From NCBI GenBank assembly GCA_965203465.1, contig CBDBCR010000003.1:768001-832000 (forward strand): a DNA stretch of 64,000 nt, given 5' to 3'. The stretch comes from Nitrosopumilaceae archaeon (GTDB lineage Archaea > Thermoproteota > Nitrososphaeria > Nitrososphaerales > Nitrosopumilaceae). Position numbers and translations under genes: made by a program. A model generated the notes under the pieces. It did no database searches. It was given only the letters and a program-made list of their open reading frames with translations, and had not been told where the DNA came from. Below are positions 47,174 through 56,125 of this stretch, piece by piece. Each line of letters starts with the position of its first letter. The stretch's first letter is position 1.

Positions 47174-48291
47174 CGCGCATCACCCGGCAGCGACGAGGCC
47201 ATCTTGTCCCACGGCGCCGAGCTTGCCAGCCGGCCGTGCCAGAACCTGTTGTAGTGGTCGATGGTGAGGAACAGAAACTCGAGGAACTCGCGGTGGGCGA
47301 ACCCGCCGGGCAGCGAATCCAGGGCCAGCCGGGCCGAGCGCAGGTACGCGTCGGCCCTCTGCAGGGCCAGCTCGAAGCCCCGCTTTACGTCGCCGCACAG
47401 CAGCGAATAGTACAGCGGCCACGACGGCACTTTGACGCGGCCCGACTTTAGGGAATCTTCGATCTCGTTGCCGCACCCGGCGGCCTCTGCAGAGTGGGCC
47501 ATGCCCGCGTAGAATATCTCGCCCAGCGGCCGCCGCGCCAGCGCCATGTTGCGGCCGGCGGTCCCCATCACCGAGCGGTACTTGCGGTACGACGAGTCGA
47601 GGTCCTCGGCGGTCATGCGCGCCGGCCGCGACTGGAGCTGCTCGTCGATGCGCTGCCCCTCGCGCGCCTGCGCAAAGCCGTGCTCGAACGATTCGAGGAC
47701 GCCGGGGCCGGCCCTCGCGATGCGCCCGCGGGCCAGCTTTAGCATGTACGGGCACAGGAGCCGGTAGTCGTCGAGGTATTCGAGATCCTCGTCCATGTCT
47801 ATGATGCGATCCATCGGCTCGCTCAGGTCTATGGCGATGATGTGCCCCTCGACCACGTCCTGCCTAAGATCCGCGCCCCTGCCCTCGTGCTCGGCAGCCG
47901 CGTCGTACAGCCCGTACATCACCGGGAACGTCATCTTTACGAAGTTGGAGTCGAGCATGCGGTTCACCCTGTCCGAGACCGCGCCCTTTTCGGAGAGGCG
48001 GGCCCGGACCGCGCCCGCCTTGGAGCCGTCGAGCGAGAGGGCCGGCTGGCCGGATTCTTTCGCGAACGCCTCGACGGCCGAGGCCGGATCGGGGTCGGCG
48101 GCTATCGCCGAGTGCAGATCCTCGGAGAGCCGCTGGGCGAACCCCGCGAAGTTCCCCTCGGCCTCTTTCTTGTAGGCGGAAAACTGCCGGTAGCCGCGCG
48201 AGCGCAGCAGGCCGGCCTTGAGTATCTGCTTGCCCGGCGCCGTGGACAGGAGCGCCTCCTTGCCGGTCGCCGAGCTGTCCTTGCCGATCAC
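47170..48291 (-). CDS. Hypothetical protein (helical, no recognised domain)
   Basis: Long ORF with normal amino-acid composition, coupled to rfcL by a 4-bp overlap. Confidence 0.75.
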   Translation of the reverse strand: MIGKDSSATGKEALLSTAPGKQILKAGLLRSRGYRQFSAYKKEAEGNFAGFAQRLSEDLHSAIAADPDPASAVEAFAKESGQPALSLDGSKAGAVRARLSEKGAVSDRVNRMLDSNFVKMTFPVMYGLYDAAAEHEGRGADLRQDVVEGHIIAIDLSEPMDRIIDMDEDLEYLDDYRLLCPYMLKLARGRIARAGPGVLESFEHGFAQAREGQRIDEQLQSRPARMTAEDLDSSYRKYRSVMGTAGRNMALARRPLGEIFYAGMAHSAEAAGCGNEIEDSLKSGRVKVPSWPLYYSLLCGDVKRGFELALQRADAYLRSARLALDSLPGGFAHREFLEFLFLTIDHYNRFWHGRLASSAPWDKMASSLPGDAR

Positions 48292-48344
48292 GGTGCCCGG
48301 CGCCGCGGCTTTGGACTTATAAATTGCGGGCGGGGCCCCCGGGC

Positions 48345-49136
48345 GTGGACAGGATAGACGTGCTGCTCGGCGCGGCCCGCGCCGTCCGCGAGCGCGTGCG
48401 GGGCATGGCCGGGACCGAGGCCGCCTGCGGGGACAACGGGGTGGGCGCCGGCGGGGACGTCTCGCGCAACATCGACATAGCCGCAGAAGAGGCCGTCATG
48501 GCGCACGTCGAAAAAGAGGGCATGGCCTGCACCGTTTTGGGCGAAGAGTGCGGCAGGGTGGACATGGGCGGCCCCGGGTGCCTGATAATGGACGCCATAG
48601 ACGGCTCGGCCAACGCGGTGCGCGGCGTGCCGTTCTACTGCTGCTCGCTTGCCTTCGCGCCCGACCGGAGGCTCAGCTCGGTGACCGATTCGGTGGTGTG
48701 CGACCTGTCTTCGGGCAGGACGTACTGGGCCTCGGAAAAGGGGTGCTTTGCCGACGGGCGCAGGGCCGCCGTGCAGCGCGGCGAGCCGGCGTACAGGATA
48801 GTCTGCGTGAACACGTCCGGCGCCGGGGCCGGCACTATGAGGGACCTGCACCCCCTCTTCGAGAACCATTCGAGGCACATGGGGGCCAACGCGCTCGAGA
48901 TGGCCCTGCTGGCCGACGGCAGGATAGACGCCATGGCCGACCTGCGCGGCAGGCTGCGCGTGCAGGACGTGGCCGCCGGGTGCCACCTGGTGCGGGCCGC
49001 CGGCGGGGTCGTGCTGGATCCGGAGGGCGCGGATCTCGACTCCGATCTGGAATACGGCACTAGGCTCTCTTTCGTGGCCGCGTCGAGCAAGGAGACCGCC
49101 GAGCAGGTGATGCGCGGCGTTCCGGGCTGGGGATAG
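48345..49136 (+). CDS. Inositol monophosphatase / FBPase family
   Basis: LGEECG, MDAIDGSAN and QDVAAG motifs. Confidence 0.9.
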   Translation: MDRIDVLLGAARAVRERVRGMAGTEAACGDNGVGAGGDVSRNIDIAAEEAVMAHVEKEGMACTVLGEECGRVDMGGPGCLIMDAIDGSANAVRGVPFYCCSLAFAPDRRLSSVTDSVVCDLSSGRTYWASEKGCFADGRRAAVQRGEPAYRIVCVNTSGAGAGTMRDLHPLFENHSRHMGANALEMALLADGRIDAMADLRGRLRVQDVAAGCHLVRAAGGVVLDPEGADLDSDLEYGTRLSFVAASSKETAEQVMRGVPGWG

Positions 49137-49192
49137 CGCGCTTGGGCCGAGCCGCGGGATCGAGTTAAATCAGAGGCGGCCGCGCGGGTTCC

Positions 49193-50387
49193 GTGAGCGA
49201 GCGCGCAAACCCGTTCAGGCCGGCGCCCGGCCTGAATCCCCCACCTGGCCGGGCGCGAGCTTGAACGCGAGATGTTCGCGCACATGCTACGCGACATCAA
49301 GGGCGGCATGATCGGGAACATTGCGGTGCACGGGCTGCGCGGCATGGGCAAGACCGTCCTCTTGAGAGAGTTTGAGCAGATGTGCAGGGACAGAAATTTT
49401 CTTCCCGTCTCAGAGCCCCAGTACAGCCCCCACCACTCCGAGCCGTCCGAGTTCGTGAGGATACTAAAGTACAACATGCGCGCCGCGATCGAGACGTTTT
49501 CGCGGCTGGAGAAGACAAAGTCCAAGATCCAGTCGGCGGTGCGCTACATAAAGCCGTCGAGCATGGGAGTGCCGGGGATCGTTTACTATGAGCCGTCGTA
49601 CGAGCCGGGGGAGTACATGCCGCTTAGGAACCACATGACGGACTATCTGATCGAAAACTGGAACGTCGTAGAAAAGGGCGGCTACGACGGCGTGGTGTTT
49701 CTGTTAGACGAGTTCCACGTGATCCAGAATTCGGAGAGAGTCAAGTGGTTCGTCTTGTCTGACTTTATAGGCGCTCTGGACGAGGTGCAGAAGAAGGGGT
49801 ACAAGTATGCGGCCGTCCTGTGCGGCCTGCCCGTCTTGCAGAGCAACCTAAAGGCGGCCCGTTCGTATTCTGAGAGGATGTTCCGGTCGTTGAGGGTTTC
49901 CTTTCTGGAAGAGGACGCGGCCAAAAACGCCATAACAAAGCCGCTCGAGGGGATCGAGCGCAGTTTTTCGCGAGATCTGATAAACGCGATCGTAAAGGAC
50001 ACGGGGGGCTATCCGTACTTTGTGCAGTTTTACGCCAAGGAGATACTGGATCGCGTAGACAAGGACAGCGTCGGGATGAGGGACTATGGCAGGGTCAAGA
50101 GCAAGATAACGGCGATCTTGGATCAAAGCTTTTTCGATCAGCGCATGGAGCAGATTACCAATAGCCAGAAGAAGGTTCTGTACGCCATGGCCCAGATTCC
50201 CGATGCCAACATTACGTTCTCTGTGGTCAAAAAATGCACGGGCATCAGCAAGGGCACGTTTGCAAAAAATTTGGTACGACTGGAAGAAAAAGGCTTTATC
50301 CACAAGGTGGATCACGGGATTTACAGATTCTCGTTGCCCATGCTGCGGGACTATCTGCTACGGCGAGCCACGCGAGATTCAAGCTAG
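49193..50387 (+). CDS. AAA_16-type (archaeal/STAND-like) ATPase with C-terminal winged helix; frameshift near the start
   Basis: NPFRP.PG..P | HLAGRE..; Walker A GLRGMGKT; LLDEFH; TGGYPYFVQ; wHTH ..LVRLEEKGFI...G.YRF. C-run frameshift at ~49238-49242. Confidence 0.8.
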
Positions 50388-50635
50388 GCACGGGGCCCGC
50401 GCCTGAAAGTTGGCAGAGTTGGCAAGAGGGGCCCGAACCTGCAGGGCGGTGGCAAGCTAGGCACGGGGCCCGCGCCTGAAAGTTGGCAGAGTTGGCAAGA
50501 GGGGCCCGAACCTGCAGGGCGGTGGCAAGCTAGGCACGGGGCCCGCGCCTGAAAGTTGGCAGAGTTGGCAAGAGGGGCCCGAACCTGCAGGGCGGTGGCA
50601 AGCTAGGCACGGGCCCCGTGCCTGAAAGTTGGCAG
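50380..50635. repeat. 73-bp tandem repeat, 3.5 copies
   Basis: Units start at 50381, 50454, 50527 and 50600. Each contains the hairpin AGGCACGGGGCCCGCGCCT. Confidence 0.95.
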
Positions 50636-51140
50636 GAGCCGGCGGGTCGTGGTTTTGGATCGCTGGGTTGCGCTCCAGAGAGTGTCCCGTACGGACGGGA
50701 CGCCGCGCGCGCGTCCGGCGCCGCGCCTGCTCCAAGGCAACGGCGATCGTGCGCCGGATGCGGGGGCGGCGCACAACGCCGCCGGATTTTGGCCAGTCGG
50801 GCTTTCCGCGAACGGGAATTGCCGCCGCGCGCGGTCTTGCGCGGGCCGGATCCGCCTAAGCCTCGGCCGACGAGATTGTGGAAATCCCGCGGCGGCGAGC
50901 CGCTTCCGACATCTCGGCGTCGTCGGTGACCAGGACCAGCCCGTACCGTTCTGCCGCGACGACGTACGCAGAATCGTAGAACGTCAGCCCGGCAGACGCC
51001 ATGGCGACTGCATCCTTCTCCAAACCGTCTATGTTGAACACGCGCATGTGATGTATGATGTTCATGCACCTGTTGAACAGCGGCAGCATGTTGTCTTTGT
51101 CGGCTTTGGCGTGCTTTGACACGGCGTTGCCGAGCTCGTA

Positions 51141-52250
51141 TAGTTCTGGACAAAAGTTCGCCGTCAAAACTTGGCGTATCTTTTCGGGCGCTGGTTCATG
51201 CACTTGATCGGATCTATGTTGTAGTGCACGGTCCTGTAATGCTCCGACAAGTCTTTGCAAAAGTCTTCGAACGATGCGTGGTACTTGTACGAGACGCTCG
51301 ATCTGCTCTTGACTAGCCACATGTGCTCGGCCGGATTCACGTACGGCGAACCGACGGGCGTATACCGCAAGACGATCTCCGGGTTGTCGCGCAAAAACTC
51401 CTGAACCTTGCGCGATTGGTGGTACGACGCGCGGTCTTCGTATATGAGGAGCGGCCCGAACCGCCTGTGCGCTTCCTTGAGAAAATCGATGAACGTGTCG
51501 GAGTTGGCCCTGTCGTACAGCCGGACCATGTGTCTTGTGTCTTCCAGCAACAGCCCGTGCGCCGACACTTTTTGGGGGTCGTTGGTGAAGGTTCCGCTTA
51601 CCGGCGTGCCTTGCTCCGTCCAGAACAAGGCGTTGGACTTGTCGTCCCTGCGGTGGTGCGACTCATCCCCCCACCCCACGGTGCGCCCTTTGCGCCTGTG
51701 GTAGGCAATAACGCGCCTTTCGCGCTTCTGCCACTTGCTCACGGCGGCCGGGCTGGCGTGGTTTACGTGGACGTACTGTATTTTCTTGGGAGAGAGGTTG
51801 CGGCCGCGCATGAGCCTCAGGACATGCCTGCTGCTGTAGCCCACGCCGGTCTTCCGTTTTATCGCGTCGCTGACCTCGTGCGGCCGCACCCGTTTCCGGG
51901 ACGCGTCGTCTATGATCTTGTTGAGTTTGTCTTTCCTTACCTTGGGCGGCCTTCCTGCACGCGGACGGTCGCGGAGGGCGTCCAGCCCGCCGCTCTCGTA
52001 CCTGTCCACCCACTGCCGCACCCAGTCGTCGGACATCATCAGGCTCTGCGCAACATCGTCGACTCGCTGTCCTTGCACCGCCACCATGTTGACGGCCACT
52101 ATGCGCAGGCTGACCCGGGCGTCCTTTTCCTTCTTGAGTGCCTTTTTCAGCACCGTTGACGTGTTAGTCATGGGTGTAGCCTGATCCCGTAGTAAATAAG
52201 TGCGTGAGAAAAAAATTGTTGACAAACCGACGAATTTTCGTCCAGAACTA
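51141..52250 (-). mobile_element. IS630-family insertion sequence (1110 bp)
   Basis: IRs TAGTTCTGGACAAAAGTTCGCCG / CGACGAATTTTCGTCCAGAACTA with TA duplication (51139-51140, 52251-52252). Confidence 0.93.
51164..52171 (-). CDS. IS630 transposase (single ORF)
   Basis: HTH (WVRQWVDRYESGGLDALRDRPRAGRPPK) and DDE WGDESH / EDRASYH / NPAEHMW. Confidence 0.9.
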   Translation of the reverse strand: MTNTSTVLKKALKKEKDARVSLRIVAVNMVAVQGQRVDDVAQSLMMSDDWVRQWVDRYESGGLDALRDRPRAGRPPKVRKDKLNKIIDDASRKRVRPHEVSDAIKRKTGVGYSSRHVLRLMRGRNLSPKKIQYVHVNHASPAAVSKWQKRERRVIAYHRRKGRTVGWGDESHHRRDDKSNALFWTEQGTPVSGTFTNDPQKVSAHGLLLEDTRHMVRLYDRANSDTFIDFLKEAHRRFGPLLIYEDRASYHQSRKVQEFLRDNPEIVLRYTPVGSPYVNPAEHMWLVKSRSSVSYKYHASFEDFCKDLSEHYRTVHYNIDPIKCMNQRPKRYAKF

Positions 52251-52355
52251 TATTTTGTGAGATCCAGCACCGCTTGACCTGCAAAACGGCCGGGTTGGGA
52301 GTCTCCGTGCAACAAGAGGTTGAAGACTGCGCTGGCGTCGTAGAGTCTTTCGAGC

Positions 52356-52640
52356 CTACCGGGTGTCGCGATCATGCCTTATCGACCTTACAACTTCTTC
52401 CTTGCTTATTGTTGATCCGAACGTCTTGTGGATCCACTCCAAATCGGCCGGCGTCACTTCGTGCTCGGTGTTTTTGCCCAGCGTGTCGCCGTCGATGCGC
52501 TCGCGCGCCCACGAGTCGTACAGGTGCTTCACCCGGTTTTTGAGTATGTCCAGCTCTTTTGTCAGCGACTCGACCTGGCGCTCCAGATCACGGAGCGTCT
52601 TTGTCTCGGCACCCTCCACGGTTTCGGCAGCCGTCGCCAT
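52356..52640 (-). CDS. VapB-like antitoxin (intact)
   Basis: Small ORF overlapping the vapC start. C-terminal ISKEEVVRSIRHDRDTR is typical of archaeal VapB tails. Confidence 0.75.
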   Translation of the reverse strand: MATAAETVEGAETKTLRDLERQVESLTKELDILKNRVKHLYDSWARERIDGDTLGKNTEHEVTPADLEWIHKTFGSTISKEEVVRSIRHDRDTR

Positions 52641-52762
52641 GTCGCGCTCAAATCCGGCGAGTATATCATTGTTGCGGACGGGGCGGCGCCGCAACGGGCT
52701 CAAGAAACTGCCGTTCCGGCAGCGGATCCGGACTCTGCGCCCGGTAAGCCACTAAATGGGGG

Positions 52763-52836
52763 CGGGTCTAGCGGGATTCGAACCCACGACACCCGGCTTA
52801 AAAGGCCGGCGCGCTACCTGGCTGCGCCATAGACCC
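52763..52836 (-). tRNA. tRNA-Lys(TTT)
   Basis: GGGTCTA/TAGACCC acceptor; CCGGC-CTTTTAA-GCCGG anticodon arm; TTCGAAT T-loop. Confidence 0.95.
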
Positions 52837-52918
52837 CGCGCCGCGCGGCGGCGCGCGCAATTTAGCCTTTGGCGGCCGCGCAAAGTTTTAAACACCGGCC
52901 CGGGCGCGCCCGTCCGCG

Positions 52919-52996
52919 GCCCTTGTAGTATAGCCCGGTCTAGAATTCGGCCCTGTCACGGCTGAGACGCGGGTTCAAATCCCGCCGAGGGCGCCA
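52919..52996 (+). tRNA. tRNA-Asp(GTC), encoded CCA
   Basis: GCCCTTG/CGAGGGC acceptor; anticodon loop CTGTCAC; TTCAAAT T-loop; ends GCCA. Confidence 0.95.
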
Positions 52997-53016
52997 TCCA
53001 CAAAGCCGTATCCGTC

Positions 53017-53949
53017 TCACGCGCGGCGGTTCCACAGCTCCGTGGCCGTCTCTTCTATCATGTCGCCCCATACGAGGCGCTCCAGCCATTCGGGCGGGAT
53101 CCCGTCGATCCCGTAGTGCGCGCCGGCAAGCTGCCCGAATACCGCGCCGGTCGTGTCCGCGTCGTTGCCCAGGTTGACCGCCAGCAGGCAGCCCTCCCTG
53201 AAGCTGGACGACTTGTAAAAGGCCCAGAGGGCGGCCTCCAGCGATTCGACGACGTAGCCGGTACCGCGTATTTCGGGCGGCTCTTTGGACTTGAACGAGC
53301 CGACCGCCACCGAATCCACGGCGGCGGACAGGGGCTTCCTTTTTGCGTCCCGGCAGCCGTAGCGCTCCGAGAGCAGCGCCTCCTTCGGTTCCCCGCGCGC
53401 GGCGCCGGCTATCATGGCGCCAAGGTACCTGCACGCGGCCACGCAGGCCATGGCGCCGTGGGTGACAAGCGAGCTCTCCCCGCTCAGCTGGAACGCCTTT
53501 GCGGCGTCGCGCGCGAAGAACAGCGGCACCGGGGCCAGGCGCATTATCGAGCCGTTGCCGGCCAGGTGGTCGTCGGTGGAGCCGCAGTACACCTCGTCGG
53601 TCTCTTCGTGTATCTCAATCGACTCGCGCGTGGTGTTGCCGATGTCGAAGCATCTCCCGTTGTGGCTCATGTAGCCCTTCCTGTACCAGCGCACGTAGCG
53701 GTCCGCCTGGTCTTTGGCGTCGAATCCCTTGCGCGCTATCAGGCTCTCGGCCAGGCACAGCGCCATGGACGTATCGTCGGTCCACTCCCCGGCCTTCAGC
53801 CCGTGGGGCCCGCCGCCGCGCATGCCGGTGACGGGCTCGAATGTCCCGGGCTTTTTGAACTCGACGGCGGCCCCCAGCGCGTCGCCGACGGCCAGCCCGA
53901 CCAGGGATCCGGCGAACCTGTCCCGGCCGGTCACCACGGTGCTACCCAT
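53017..53949 (-). CDS. ADP-ribosylglycohydrolase (DraG/ARH family), copy 1
   Basis: [21 protein letters not shown] and GNDADT motifs. Confidence 0.92.
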   Translation of the reverse strand: MGSTVVTGRDRFAGSLVGLAVGDALGAAVEFKKPGTFEPVTGMRGGGPHGLKAGEWTDDTSMALCLAESLIARKGFDAKDQADRYVRWYRKGYMSHNGRCFDIGNTTRESIEIHEETDEVYCGSTDDHLAGNGSIMRLAPVPLFFARDAAKAFQLSGESSLVTHGAMACVAACRYLGAMIAGAARGEPKEALLSERYGCRDAKRKPLSAAVDSVAVGSFKSKEPPEIRGTGYVVESLEAALWAFYKSSSFREGCLLAVNLGNDADTTGAVFGQLAGAHYGIDGIPPEWLERLVWGDMIEETATELWNRRA

Positions 53950-54862
53950 CCGCCGGGCCCCCGGGCCTCGCGTCCCACAGCTCCCCGGCCGTCCTCTCTA
54001 TCATGCCGCCGCGGGCTATGCTGCCCCTCCACTCGGGCGGGATCCCGCCGATGCCGTAGTGCGCGCCTGCAAGCTGCCCGAATACCGCGCCGGTCGTGTC
54101 CGCGTCGTCCCCGAGGTTGACCGCCATCAGGCAGCCCTCCTTGAAGCTGGACGACTTGTAAAAGGCCCAGAGGGCGGCCTCCAGCGATTCGACGACGTAG
54201 CCGGTCCCCCGTATTTCGGGCGGCTCTTTGGACTTGAACGAGCCGGCCGCCACCGAGGCGATCTCGGCGCACAGCGGCCCGCCCCGCCCGTAGCTCCCCG
54301 AGAGAAGCTCGTCCTTTGGCTCCCCGCGCGCGGCGCCGGCGATCAGCGAGCCGAGGTACCTGCACGCGTCCACGCACGCGTCCGCGCCGTGCGTGGTGCG
54401 CGAGCTGTGCGCGCTCATCTCGGCGGCTTTTTGCGCGTCGGAGTAAAAGAACAGCGGGACAGGGGCCAGGCGCATTATCGAGCCGTTGCCCGCAGAGTGC
54501 TCGTCGGTCGGGCCCGAGTACTCCTCTCCGGTCTCTTCGTACTCTTCCAGCGCGCGGCGGGTGGTGTACCCCATGCCGAAGCAGCTGCCGGTGCTGGACA
54601 TGTGCCCCTCCCTGTACCAGCGCAGGTAGCGGTCCGCCTGGTCTTTGGCGTCGAATTGTTTGCGCGCTGTCAGGCTCTCGGCCAGGCACAGCGCCATGGA
54701 CGTATCGTCCGTCCAGTATCCGGCCGGCAGCCCGCGCGGCCCGCCGCCGCGCATGCCGGTGACGGGCTCGAACCCTTCGGCGAACTCGACCGGCTCGCCC
54801 AGCGCGTCGCCGACTGCCAGCCCGACCAAGGAACCCGCGAACCTGTCCCGCCCGGAGACCAT
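53942..54862 (-). CDS. ADP-ribosylglycohydrolase (DraG/ARH family), copy 2
   Basis: Same motifs (WTDDT, GDDADT). Overlaps the start of copy 1. Confidence 0.92.
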   Translation of the reverse strand: MVSGRDRFAGSLVGLAVGDALGEPVEFAEGFEPVTGMRGGGPRGLPAGYWTDDTSMALCLAESLTARKQFDAKDQADRYLRWYREGHMSSTGSCFGMGYTTRRALEEYEETGEEYSGPTDEHSAGNGSIMRLAPVPLFFYSDAQKAAEMSAHSSRTTHGADACVDACRYLGSLIAGAARGEPKDELLSGSYGRGGPLCAEIASVAAGSFKSKEPPEIRGTGYVVESLEAALWAFYKSSSFKEGCLMAVNLGDDADTTGAVFGQLAGAHYGIGGIPPEWRGSIARGGMIERTAGELWDARPGGPADG

Positions 54863-55029
54863 GCGCGGGGCGCCGTGGGCGGGGTTTATCGATGTTGCGC
54901 AGGTGATCGCCACGTTTTAACGGGGGCCCCGCGCCGCGCCGGGAGGCGCGCCGGGGTATACTGTGCCAAGAGCGCACTCGGAGCCGGCCTGTCCGGCGTG
55001 GGCCTCGCGCCCTTGCCGGCGCGCCGCCC

Positions 55030-56115
55030 TCATCCAGAGGCGTGATCCGACCTGAGCTTTTCGTACAGCTCGGGCAGTTTCTCGTACAGCCTCTTGTGCG
55101 GGCGCGCCGAGTTGCGGCTGATCACGTACAGCGCCAGTATGGGGAAGGCTATCGAGGCGTCCGCGTACACGGTGCAGTTGCCGCTGTGCGCGTCGCGTAT
55201 CTTGCCCCAGCTCTTGCCCTCCTGCAGGGTGGCCCCCGAGAGCCCGCCCGTGTCGGGCCGCGCGTCGGTTATCTGCACGATGTAGTCCTGCCCGCCGCCG
55301 CCGCGCCGCAGTATCTGGTCGAGCAGCGGGCCGGTCTGCTGCGCGGAGTTCTTGGGCACGCCGCCGCCTATCTCGACTATCCCGGACTTTTCGGACCCGT
55401 GCAATATGGCCCCCTGCTCGAGCACCTCGCGCACAAAGTCCAGCTTGTACACCCTGCCCTGCAGCCGGTATATGGCCAGGTTGAGCGCGAGCGAGGAATC
55501 CTTGAGGGTCGAGACGTACACGGGCACGCCGCGCTCGTAGGCGGCTGCCACAAAGCTGCGCTCGGGGTGCGGGGCGCTCTCCGAGGCGGTCTTGCCCATA
55601 AAGTTGCAGAACTCGGCCGTGGTGAACGGCCGCTCGCCGAAGCCGTCGCGCACGGCGCGCTGCACCACCTGGTCCTGGGCCTCGAGGGTCTCGTAGAACT
55701 TTATGTACACGTCGCGTATCCGGACTATCTCGTTTTCGTACAGCTTTGCGTCGTCGACGTCGTGGTGGCCCTGCCTGATGGGCAGCCCCCACGCAAAGTG
55801 GTCCTCGTGGTACACGTTGGCCCCCGTCGTTATCATCCAGTCGACGAACCCGCGCTCTATCAGGTCCCTGAATATGCCCCCGAAGCCCAGCGGCGTCATG
55901 GCCCCCGAGACGGTCAGGCAGACCGTCGCGTCCTCGCGTATCATGCGCTCGTAGAGCCGCGCCGCCTCGCCCAGCTTGCGCGCGTTGTAGCCGGTGTCGG
56001 CGAACATGTCCACGAGCCCGCCGATGTCCGTATTTTCGTCCAGCCGTATGTGCGGTATGTCTTTGCCCCCGAAGCCGTGCCTGTCCACTCGCGCGCCTCT
56101 TTGGCGCACCCACAT
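55030..56115 (-). CDS. Deoxyhypusine synthase-like / homospermidine biosynthesis protein
   Basis: SGAMTP.G, TTGAN, IGGGVPKN and DTGGLSGATLQEGKSWGK motifs. Confidence 0.88.
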   Translation of the reverse strand: MWVRQRGARVDRHGFGGKDIPHIRLDENTDIGGLVDMFADTGYNARKLGEAARLYERMIREDATVCLTVSGAMTPLGFGGIFRDLIERGFVDWMITTGANVYHEDHFAWGLPIRQGHHDVDDAKLYENEIVRIRDVYIKFYETLEAQDQVVQRAVRDGFGERPFTTAEFCNFMGKTASESAPHPERSFVAAAYERGVPVYVSTLKDSSLALNLAIYRLQGRVYKLDFVREVLEQGAILHGSEKSGIVEIGGGVPKNSAQQTGPLLDQILRRGGGGQDYIVQITDARPDTGGLSGATLQEGKSWGKIRDAHSGNCTVYADASIAFPILALYVISRNSARPHKRLYEKLPELYEKLRSDHASG

Positions 56116-56125
56116 AACGATTTTG

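Larger units (their letters stand above)
50856..52375 (-). pseudogene. VapC (PIN) toxin interrupted by IS630
   Basis: MIATPGRLERLYDASAVFNLL...LDLTKY | ELGNAV...LTFYDSAYVVAAE...LVTDD is restored in frame on removing the IS and one TA. Confidence 0.9.

Noticed and set aside
49150-49170. attL/attR-like copy of the tRNA-Lys 3' end (GCGGGATCGA vs GCGGGATTCGA)
   Set aside because: The match is too short and imperfect for GC-rich DNA, and there is no integrase nearby.
50380-50635. CRISPR array
   Set aside because: The would-be spacers are identical and no cas genes or leader are visible. It is a tandem repeat.
51164-52375. Single novel 403-aa PIN-transposase gene family
   Set aside because: The IRs and TA duplication show it is an IS630 inserted in vapC. 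It is kept only as a chance fusion.
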